This document shows, one piece after another, positions 13,693-25,786 of a stretch of 64,000 nucleotides of DNA. Every line of letters begins with the position of its first letter. Position 1 is the stretch's first letter. The position numbers were made by a program, and so were the translations under genes. Location of the stretch: contig NC_043009.1 of assembly GCF_006345805.1 (NCBI RefSeq), positions 65,658,001-65,722,000 of the forward strand. The letters are read 5' to 3'. The DNA is from Octopus sinensis. Its lineage: Eukaryota. Under the pieces are notes generated by a model. It was not told the DNA's origin, made no database searches, and saw nothing but the letters and a program-made list of their open reading frames with translations.

Positions 13693-13998
13693 CCCCGGTT
13701 TTCATGTGTCTACTGACCCTAAGTCCATTGACTAATTCCTCTAAGATGATTCAAGATAGGCAAGAAAACAAAAATATGGAAAACAGTATCAACTGGAACG
13801 ATGACTCGAAGAACAAAACCAACGTCAATTGTTACAACAGCAGGATTGTAATGGCCATAAATTGTTTCTTGTCAGCCATCGCCGCCTGCACAGAGACACA
13901 ACACGAGCGTTGATGCAAAACTGAGGTTATAGATAAATATTAGGTGATATAGTATAATGGGGCTTGTCAGCAAAAGTAAAAGGACGCTTACGTAAAGA

Positions 13999-14121
13999 TA
14001 CATAAAGTTCCAATATGCCGACGACAACAGTGTAGCAGCTTACAGAGAGGATCACCTCCAACAGATCCTAAATGCTTTTCATCATGCATATACTAAACTT
14101 GGACTGAGCATCAACATCAAA
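13999..14121 (+). mobile_element. RTE-like LINE reverse transcriptase fragment
   Basis: Translates YIKFQYADDNSVAAYREDHLQQILNAFHHAYTKLGLSINIK (YADD catalytic motif, then LGLxINxK). Confidence 0.8.
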
Positions 14122-14644
14122 CAGCAACAGCAACATCTGCAACTACAGAAACAACTGTTGATAGAAATAATACTAGGTGTCTGCTCAGGTTTTGTGCCAG
14201 GTGGCTATTGGTAACATATTACAGCAATTATGAAAGCTATGGTTATGACGATGGTGATGATGATGATGATGAGGAGGAGGAGGATGTTGAGGAGGAGGAG
14301 GAGGATAACGATGACGATGACGACGACGACGACGGCGAGAAGTATTATGAAGAAAACTGAAGGATATCGGAAAGTAGGATCCTAGTAATAAAGATGATAA
14401 CGAGGATGATGGCCATGACAGAAACTATAACGAAGCATTTTTATTCAGTATGGCGCTTGGCTTCTTTGTTAGCATCGAAGAAATTTCTAGAACAATTAAG
14501 AAATATTTGCTGAATTACAGTATCTTGTAGTTTGTTTTCCTTGGATGCATGTGTACATACGCATACATACACATACATGCACACACATATATATGCATGT
14601 ATGTATATATATATATACACATGCGTTCATAAACATGCATACAC

Positions 14645-14681
<37 letters not shown>

Positions 14682-14706
14682 CACATATATACATATGTAT
14701 GTATAT

Positions 14707-14740
<34 letters not shown>

Positions 14741-15273
14741 GGCAGTAAAACGTTAATATTATTAATAAAATGGCAATAAAAACTAAAACAATGGAAACTA
14801 AGAAAACACCAAAGGATAAAAAGAAAAAAAAAACTAAAACCAGAGAGAGAAAGAGAAAGAAAAAGTGAGGGAGAGAGGCAAAGAGAGTCAGAGAGACAGA
14901 GACTGCGAGAGAGAAAGAGACAATATTATTCGGAAACGATTGCACCTTTTTAATTTCTCATTGGGAATGAAAACTGTTCATTATGTTATTATCGTCATCA
15001 TTAATGATTTATTAGCTGTTCTAGAATATTCATTAGCACAGCTTAATTTTACAACCTCAAGGATCATTTGTGTCGAATTTCTCAAAGCTGTAGCTATTGG
15101 CTCACTTCTCACTTCTTCGCTGGTAGAAAGCCCGCGAAAACTACGCGGCGGCCATGTTCCCCTGTGTGAATCTCAGGCACCAAATGAAAACTAGAAACAA
15201 ATAAATTAATAACACCTTTTATTTACAAACATACAGACACATGTACAAATAAAACATAGATAGATAGATAGAT

Positions 15274-15330
<57 letters not shown>

Positions 15331-15519
15331 AGATAGATATATAGATATAGATATAGATATAGATATAGATATAGATATATATACACCTATAAAACACACA
15401 AAATAATATATATCTGTATGTTTTATTTGTACATGTGTCTGTATGTTTGTAAATAAAAAGTGTTATTAATTTATACATACATTCATTCATACAAGCACAC
15501 GAATACACGCACGTGTGTG

Positions 15520-15551
<32 letters not shown>

Positions 15552-16069
15552 ATATATAGGCAGTAAAACGTTAATATTATTAATAAAATGGCAATAAAAA
15601 CTAAAACAATGGAAACTGTAAGAAAACACCAAAGGATAAAAAGAAAAAAAAAAATAAAACCAGAGAGAGAAAGAGAAAGAAAAAGTGAGGGAGAGAGGCA
15701 AAGAGAGTCAGAGAGACAGAGACTGCGAGAGAGAAAGAGACAATATTATTCGGAAACGATTGCACCTTTTTAATTTCTCATTGGGAATGAAAATTGTTCA
15801 TTATGTTATTATCGTCATCATTAATGATTTATTAGCTGTTCTAGAATATTCATTAGCACAGCTTAATTTTACAACCTCAAAGGATCATTTGTGTCGAATT
15901 TCTCAAAGCTGTAGCTATTGGCTCACTTCTTCGCTGGTAGAAAGCCCGCGAAAACTACGCGGCGGCCATGTTCCCCTGTGTGAATCTCAGGCACCAAATG
16001 AAAACTAGAAACAAATAAATTAATAACACCTTTTATTTACAAACATACAGACACATGTACAAATAAAAC

Positions 16070-16152
<83 letters not shown>

Positions 16153-16314
16153 TAGATATAGATATAGATATAGATATATATATACACATATAAAACACAC
16201 AAAATAATATATATCTGTATGTTTTATTTGTACATGTGTCTGTATGTTTGTAAATAAAAAGTGTTATTAATTTATACATACATTCATTCATACAAGCACA
16301 CGAATACACGCACG

Positions 16315-16321
<7 letters not shown>
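14741..16321. repeat. Tandem duplication, about 0.78-kb units (14741-15520, 15559-16321)
   Basis: Near-identical units with an 818-bp offset, bounded by (TA)n tracts. Confidence 0.95.
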
Positions 16322-16385
<64 letters not shown>

Positions 16386-16690
16386 GGAGAAAGAGAGAGA
16401 GATACGCAGATATATAGGTTATATATAAATACATATAACACATGTGCGTTTGTGTACATTTGTGTGTGTATACATATATATGTATGAATGTAATACACAC
16501 ACACACACACATATATATATGTTTCTGTTTAATTATATAATAGAATATAAAAACAAATGTTGTTTAGAATTCACAGAATTTTAACATAACTTGCGTTGGT
16601 TTCTTGTACGTTTATTCAGCATTTCGTATATACGACTTCATATGTGTGCGTGTACATTTGTCTGCGCTTAACCGTGTGTGTGTGCATACA

Positions 16691-17172
<482 letters not shown>

Positions 17173-17285
17173 CGCTGCGCATCTCTCTATCTATTAGTAT
17201 GTATGTATGTATGTATGTATGTATGTATGTATGTATGTATCTATCTATCTATCTATCTATTAGTATATATGTATGTATGTATGTA

Positions 17286-17348
<63 letters not shown>

Positions 17349-18127
17349 GTATGCATATGTTTTATTTGTTAAATTGTTATTATATATACATATATAATAG
17401 CACCAGGTGTGTGCTATTAAGTTAGCATGGCCTGGGCCAATAATGGCGAAACCTATCAAAGTATCAAAGTATCAAATATATATATTAATATATATATATT
17501 ATATATATATATATATTATATATATATATATATATATAATATTATATATATACATACTATATATATAACAAAGTGAAGTTGCAAGGTACCGCACGAGTGG
17601 AATTATATATGAATGATGGTTTGAAAATGCAATTTTAAAAGATGTTTATTCACTTGACCTGTTTCGCTTTTTTAGAAAAAGATTGCCAAGAGTAACATTT
17701 AAAAGCTTTGTTGTGTTAGGTCCTGGTTGTCACAAAATATTACAATACATATACACATTCTTCGATAATAATAATAACATGTTAAAAGCAGTTCACAAGG
17801 AAAAATCTTGGGAAAATCTAAAAAGATTCATTAAAATATTGGGTCACAAAAAATTACAATACATATATACATTCTTTGATAATAATAAGAAAATGTTAAA
17901 AACAGTTTACAGAAAAAAATTTTTTGAGAAATTAGTAACAAGTTCATAAAACCTATTAGGATTTAATTAAAAATCATGTTTCTTTGGAAGTATCTATATA
18001 TATACACAGAAAATTATAAGTTCAAAAAGGTCATTTTTGGTAATCAAAGTATGACCTTTTAGTTTAGAACTTAAGTTTATAAAATTGCATTTTCAAACCT
18101 TCTTTCATATATATATGTATATAATAT

Positions 18128-18176
<49 letters not shown>

Positions 18177-18177
<1 letters not shown>

Positions 18178-19361
18178 TGATAAAAATGTAAGACAACAAA
18201 AGAAAGAAAGAGACATCAATATTATGTAAATAGAGGAATTTATCTGTAAATGTAATATCTGACAATTATTCGGCAGCCATGATAAAACTCCGAGTTTCGG
18301 ATGCTAAACGGTCCTAGAGTAATTAGTTTGATCACTCCCTGTTTAATTAGTCGTTATTAAACACAACGCAATTACGTCCATTTATCATTTCATTCAAAAC
18401 TAATATTTTGCAAAAGTTATCCATAACGAACGGCGGAAGAATTTAATTGTACAACTAGAAACAAGATGAAACAACATCGGAAACTTTAATGTATCGAAAC
18501 GGTAAATATATTTAGAATAAAATATTTTGACATCATAAAGAACTGTCATTTTCACTCATATGAAAGCAGGATCTTCCAGAGTCATTTATTTCATTTCAAA
18601 TTAAAAAATAATCAGTTTTATGATAGATTTCACGAGAACTTTATTGAAAACGGAAAACAGTTTTAGCAATTAAGTCGAGTTGACTTTATTTGAATATACA
18701 AGCAAATGGCTGAATTTAAACGGATTTAAAAGTTATAACGTATGCGTTTGTGTGTGTGTGTCTGTGTTGTATACTCTTTACTTTTTACTTTACTTGTTTC
18801 AGTCATTTGACTGTGGCCATGCTGGAGCACCGCCTTTAGTCGAGCAAATCGACCCCAGGATTTATCTTTGTAAGCCTAGTACTTATTCTATCGGTCTATT
18901 TTGCCGAACCGCTAAGTTATGGGGACGTAAACACACCTGCATCGGTTGTCAAGCGATGTCGCGGGGTGGACAAACACAGACACACAAACATACACATACA
19001 CATATATATATATACATATATATCGGAGACCCCCTTCGGTCACGACACAGACCATGGGATTGCACCTAGAAAGTTACCCTCCTAGACACAAGTCCGGGCG
19101 AGGTTGTTTATGGAAGACCAGCAGTCGCCCATGCATACCAGCCTCCCCTCTCCACACCCCCAGTGTATCCAAGGGAAAGGCAAAGGGGCCGATACATTTT
19201 GGCACCAGTGACGTCGCAACTCATTTCTACAGCTGAGTGAAGGAGCAATGTGAAATAAAGTGTCTTGCTCAAGAGCACAACACGCAGCTCGGTCCGGGAT
19301 TCGAGCTCACAACCTCACGATCGTAAGCTCGACGCTCTAACCACTGAGCCATGCGCCTTCA

Positions 19362-19414
<53 letters not shown>

Positions 19415-20259
19415 ATAAAAATGGTAAGACAACAAAAGAAAGAAAGAGACATCAATATTATGTAAATAGAGGAATTTATCTGTAAATGTAATATCTGACA
19501 ATTATTCGGCAGCCATGATAAAACTCCGAGTTTCGGATGCTAAACGGTCCTAGAGTAATAGTTTGATCACTCCCTGTTTAATTAGTCGTTATTAAACACA
19601 ACGCAATTACGTCCATTTATCATTTCATTCAAAACTAATATTTTGCAAAAGTTATCCATAACGAACGGCGGAAGGAAGAATTTATTGTACAACTAGAAAC
19701 AAGATGAAACAACATCGGAAACTTAATGTATCGAAACGGTAAATATATTTAGAATAAAATATTTTGACATCATAAAGAACTGTCATTTTCACTCATTTTG
19801 AAAGCAGGATCTTCCAGAGTCATTTATTTCATTTCAAATTAAAAAATAATCAGTTTTATGATAGATTTCACGAGAACTTTATTGAAAACGGAAAACAGTT
19901 TTAGCAATTAAGTCGAGTTGACTTTATTTGAATATACAAGCAAATGGCTGAATTTAAACGGATTTAAAAGTTATATACGTATGCGTTTGTGTGTGTGTGT
20001 GTCTGTGTTTGTATACTCTTTACTCTTTTACTTGTTTCAGTCATTTGACTGTGGCCATGCTGGAGCACCGCCTTTAGTCGAGCAAATCGACCCCAGGATT
20101 TATTCTTTGTAAGCCTAGTACTTATTCTATCGGTCTATTTTGCCGAACCGCTAAGTTATGGGGACGTAAACACACCTGCATCGGTTGTCAAGCGATGTCG
20201 CGGGGTGGACAAACACAGACACACAAACATACACATACACATATATATATACATATATA
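18177..20259. repeat. Direct duplication of about 847 bp (18177-19023, 19412-20259) separated by a SINE
   Basis: Near-identical copies with a 1235-bp offset. Confidence 0.95.
19025..19358 (-). mobile_element. SINE 'family B' (tRNA-Arg-like head), full length
   Basis: Minus strand: aggcgcatggctcagtggttagagcg..cttacga..gagctcgaatccc, then ctcttgagcaagacacttta, tail ending gaccgaagggggtc. Confidence 0.88.
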
Positions 20260-20422
20260 CGACGGGCTTCTTTCAGTTTCCGTCTACCAGATCCACTCAC
20301 AAGGGTTTGGTCGGCCAGAGGCTATAGGAGAAGACACATGCCAAAGGTGCCACGCAGTGGGACTGAACCCGGAACCATGTGGTTGGTAAGCAAGCTCCTT
20401 ACCACACAGCCACTCATACGCT
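20014..20422 (-). mobile_element. SINE family C, full length
   Basis: Head gagtggctgtgtggtaag..gggttcagtccc, ggcacctttggca, (TA/TG)n, tail ending (aagagta)n. Confidence 0.9.
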
Positions 20423-20435
20423 TATTTATTATTTA

Positions 20436-20517
<82 letters not shown>

Positions 20518-20525
20518 ATATATAT

Positions 20526-20579
<54 letters not shown>

Positions 20580-20630
20580 TATTATGCATGATGCAAATAC
20601 CTGCGCGTTCGCACGTACACACGCATATAT

Positions 20631-20792
20631 ACAACAGGCTTCTTTCAGCTTCCGTCAACCAAATCCACTCACAAGGCTTTGATCGACCCGATATTATAGA
20701 AGATATTTGCTCAAGGAGCCACGAGATGGAATTGAACCCAGAGCAATGTAGATGGAAAGCAAACGTCTTTCCACACAGCCAAGCTTGCGCTT
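20631..20792 (-). mobile_element. SINE family C 5' half, diverged
   Basis: aatccactcacaaggctt..ccacacagcc. Confidence 0.7.
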
Positions 20793-21559
20793 GTGATATA
20801 GCAGGTACGCACAATTTACAACAGCATTAACTGAGCTCATCAGTCTCATTGTTGTCTATAACGATGTATAAGCACATACAGCCTGGTGTTATATTCATAT
20901 TGTATACACATACAATCATCAGGTTACACTTAAATAGACAAAGACACACATACGCAAATACATATACATACAAACATATATATATATATATAGGTACACA
21001 AAGATAGACGTATATTCTGGACATTTATATATTAGTTTGCGTATGTATGTGCGTATATGTGTGTCCGTGTGTCAATGTGCGTGAATATATGTGAGACAAA
21101 GAGAAAACAAAAGAAATACGTTAATTCTACCGAATCAAGAGAAATCCTATTCCTGAAAGCATTCATGTCACTTGACTTACTCAAGGAAGAGGTTTCAGTG
21201 CCAGAATGCCTCCTTCTAGTCTCAATTATTTTGAGATATTTCTTCTTGAATGTCAGAATGATCTAGAGCTATCGATAAGTAAACGAAGGTTTATACATAT
21301 ATATAGATATATATATATATATTAAATATGCTTAAGTTTCAGCAATCCATATTCGAGATCCGTTTGAACGGCAGAAGTGAAGTTAAAGTATAGAAAAGTC
21401 ATAAAACCTATGACACTCCATATTTCTTTTGAAATATAAGACATCGCATGATCAAAAGAAATGTTATAAAATATTTGCCAGTTGACCAGTCCGTGATACA
21501 GTCTTCATACTTGTTGAATTCAGCTCGAACCTATTCACACTCAGGTAAATACTTAAGTA

Positions 21560-21662
21560 TTTATAGGAGAAGACACTTGCCCAAGGTGTCATGCAGTGGG
21601 ACTGAACCCGGAACTATGTGGTTGGTAAGCAAGCTCCTTACCACACAGCCACTCCTACGCCT
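21560..21662 (-). mobile_element. SINE family C head fragment
   Basis: agaagacacttgcccaaggtgtcatgcagtgggactgaacccgg..accacacagccactcc. Confidence 0.85.
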
Positions 21663-21683
21663 ATCTATCTATCTACTTAAGTA

Positions 21684-22470
21684 GGTAAACAGGGTAGACC
21701 ATCGATACTTGGAGGCTATCCTCATAGCGGCTGGCTTTGGTCCCGTCTTCCGCGGCTGGATAACTGCTTTATACAGAGGCATCCGTTCGGTAATTCACGT
21801 AAATGGACATCTATCGAGACCTTTCGGTCCGTCAGGGATGCCCCCTCTCGTCGCTTCTATACGTATTGACTCTCGAGCCACTACTGCGCAAACTGGCGAG
21901 AATTGAGAAGCGGGACGAGCGTGTCTGCATACGCAGACAACGTCACCGTCTTAGTGTCTAGCCAAAAGCACATCGAGCTGGTCGACGAGACACTGAAAGA
22001 CTATGAAGCGCTCCCCGTTCGGGATAAGCTCTACAGAGATGGCTCGAGAAAGACGAGGCCGAACTGCCCGAGATGCGGTCAGAGAGACGAAACCGTTCTG
22101 CACGCACTCGTACAGTGTCCAACCATTTCAGACCTGTGGGCTTATGTCGAACGACTGCTGTCACGTGTGGGACGTGTCAGTTTATCAGCCGAGTCTATCG
22201 TCAATATTGTAACGCCTCCTTCCTTCAAACGGGAAGGAAGAGTTATTTTCATCATAGTTGTGGTTATGGCGAAAGAATGTATCTGGTGGACGTGCCTGAA
22301 AGGATTATAGACAAACACTTTCCTCTCTGGTTAATTTCTCATCAACTTCTTCAAGTATCACTTGAAAAGGATAGTGAGAGTAGAGAGGCAAGTTTTATCT
22401 AGCAAATGTTTCAAAAAAAGATGAGTGAATGTAGCAAGGATTGCACGTAGCCACCTTGAGCATAATCCTA
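21684..22470 (+). mobile_element. Tx1/L1-clade LINE ORF2 remnant (RT plus C-terminal CCHC zinc finger), internally deleted
   Basis: RVDHRYLEAIL..GFGPVFRGWI..SVRQGCPLS..LEPLL..SAYADNVT, then CPRCGQRDETVLHALVQC; GC-richer than its flanks. Confidence 0.85.
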
Positions 22471-22737
22471 TGAACCCAGAAAAATTTTAAACAGAGAGTT
22501 ACTTGCAAATAAATGTGTTAACATGAGACATTAATGGCCGAGGTTACCGTGGTCTTTTCCGTAGGTTTTTCTTTCCATGGATAAACCTTATCTGTTTCCC
22601 CCTTTACATTTTAAATCACGACATTTCTGTGATACACGATCCCTATTGATCGAAAACCTACACAACTTTTTTTTTTTTGTCCCCAAAAAGAAAAGCTCTA
22701 CTTTGTAATTTGTCCCGTCTGTGGCTAATAAAGAAAC

Positions 22738-23057
<320 letters not shown>

Positions 23058-24427
23058 ACGAGAGAGAGTGAGAGAAAAGGGGAAATCGATAGATAGATGG
23101 ATAAGGATAGATAGATAGATAGATAAGCAGATGTATACATATATAAATATATATCTATATATATACATATACGTGCATACACAATTCCACCCATGTACGT
23201 GCGTGTTTGTGCCCGCACGCGTGTGTATGTATATATGTATGTATGCACATATGTGTATATAAGGTGAGAAAAACAATATTACCAAGAAATTTTAAAATAT
23301 TATTGCTGTTATTGTTATTAGCCCCTGTGGTCAATAAAGAAATAATTATTGTCACTTTGGCATTTCAGAATTGTTTTTGTTATTGCGTGCTTTCACTTTC
23401 ATAACCGAACTCAGTTCCGTGTTTTTTGGATGATTTTTTTTTTTCTTCTCCCATCTGTCTCTTTTTCTCCCTATTTTCCTTTCTCTAGTATTCAGCGAAT
23501 GTGTGTATGCGTGTGTGTGTGTGTGTGTGTGTGAGTGAGTACTAGGTGTATTTAATGATTTAGTTTTTTTTTTTTTTTTCTGAGTCAGTTTTTTTATACT
23601 TTAATCATTCTCAAGACAACCTATTGTATTGTAGGCTTTGTTTATTGTTTTTCAACTTCTTCATTTTGGATGTCTCTGTTTCAAGGTCTTCATATTATCA
23701 CCATTATTATCCTTACTGTTTTTGTTGCTGCGGTTGTTGTTGTTGTTGTTGTGTTGTTGTTGTTGTTGTAGTTATTGTCAGTATGTTTACTTTGTTTTTG
23801 TTTTTGTTTTTGTTTTTTTAAAGTTTTTTAGTTAAGTAACTCGACTACAATTTAGTTGAAAGGGACTCGTGCTGTTTGTTGAAAATAACAATATCGGTGC
23901 AGTTGTTTATGTACACTAAGAAAAGTGCGATAATATTGAATACTCAGTCATAAACAGCTTACGAGAAGAAGAAGAAGAAGAAGAAGAAGAAGAAGAAGAA
24001 GAAGAAGAAAAGACACAAAAGACAAAATTAAAAAAAAACATGATAAAGCCAAGGAAGTTGTGAAGTCAAATGATATTAAACGAATGCTCCCTGTGGTGAA
24101 CTTTGCAGCAGCCTTATTAAACAAACGCTCCCTGTGGTGTACCCTTTCTCAGTTTTATTAGATAAACACTAAGTTTTCTAAACATTTTTCACAGAATGCC
24201 TTAATGGGTATTTATTACATTTTTTTCCTTATGAGGAGGATGGTAGGGGTGGATACTTTTTTTTATTTTTGTTGTTTACTTTTTAGATCTGATTATTTAC
24301 ATTTTTTGTTTTGTTTTGCTTATATTTTTATTTTAAGTTTCAATACTGTTTCGTTTGGATTATACATTATACATATTTTTGTTTATTTTTGTTGTATTTT
24401 GAAATATTATTACTTAAATTATATTTA

Positions 24428-24501
<74 letters not shown>

Positions 24502-25264
24502 TTGTTCTTTTTATTAGTTCGTGGTGGGAATTGTTTATTTTGTTCAGTCACTTTTCAAATCCCGCCTCGGCATGATCCGTCTCATTAGAGAAGTTTACTT
24601 CAACTACAGTCAAAACACGCAGAGGAATATAAATTAAAATTAAAAAATGGAAACGCAAAGCAATTCGGATTCTAAATAAATATGTTGCCAATTTTCAGAA
24701 GCGTTTTCAAAACAGAATAACACTAATAACGTCACCAAGGAGAAGCGAAAGTAGTTGAAGTAATGCCACATCGTCTTGTAAAATTTGTGAGTTCATATCT
24801 GGTACAGAGCAGCGAAATACTCAGGTTTTGTTGTCACTGTAGGATTTCCATTTTTTTATAGCTTAGACTAGGACGAAAGGCAGTGTAGATAGACTTTTCC
24901 AGAGGCTCTGTTACTGGTGAATGCGACGAAATTGTTCTCAGATCACGAACATGCTTCCAATAGATTGCTCTCGCTACCGTTACCCAATGGCCACGTTGTG
25001 GTGTCCTGTGCGAGTCTTTATTCATTCTGCCATCACTCCTTATTAAGTGGTAGTGCATGATTACATTATCTTCTGTTTTGAAAATCACAAAGCAAGGGGC
25101 AGTTTCCTTCAACAATTTGATACGGTGACAGCTTCAAAATTCAATCTGGTTCAAGTAATATCATTCGACACATGTTTCGGATGAATATGCGAAAACGCAT
25201 CACCAAGAGATATGCCGTTTGCTCCCTTTTAATATATTTAGGTCTTCACCAATAAAAGAAATTA

Positions 25265-25786
25265 CCGTAAACCTCCGAGTATAATCCGCATTTTTTCCCA
25301 AAAATTTAAAGCTCAAAATCCCTAGTGCGTACTATATACGAGGTTCAAAATGAAAAATATTTTCTAAGCAATGTCCAAGTCTCTATTTGCTGTCCGGCAA
25401 TGTTTACTCAGACGCATTTTGTGGTGTCGGGTGCGAAAATACCTTAAGCTAAGCCTGAAAGCAATGAAGTCATAAAAGAATCATCCATAACTTGCAGTAA
25501 GCAACATTTATTAAAATAAAAGTATTCAGAACGCAGAATAACATGTAACAAAAACAATTTGCCAACATATTTACATTCCCATATAACTGTTAAGAACATC
25601 ACCATTATTGTATTACGCATGCGCGAAAGTGTTTGTTCGACCTGGTGCTGCTGGCTTAATTACGCACGACTCAAGTTAGAGAAGGGGTGCGTATTATACA
25701 CAAGGTTTAGGTTTTTCAGAGGTACAAACCCCTAAAAATCCTCTGCGTATTATACTCAAGGGCAGACTATACTCGAGGATTTACGG
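25265..25786. mobile_element. pogo/Tigger-like MITE, 522 bp
   Basis: TA|ccgtaaacctccgagtataatccgc ... gcagactatactcgaggatttacgg|TA inverted termini; subterminal gcgtattatac repeats. Confidence 0.8.

Noticed and set aside
13581-13913. ORF with YSSTSR repeats reminiscent of the Pol II CTD, and the 18-bp repeat as a CRISPR-like array
   Set aside because: Hexad rather than heptad, no other homology, and no spacers between repeats; a simple minisatellite
19290-19358. tRNA-like sequences (also 36659, 45750, 48661, 55211) as tRNA genes
   Set aside because: They continue into SINE bodies and lack a complete acceptor stem; they are SINE heads
24834-25115. 93-aa minus-strand ORF in unique sequence
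   Set aside because: TTG start, no recognisable motif and no supporting exon structure
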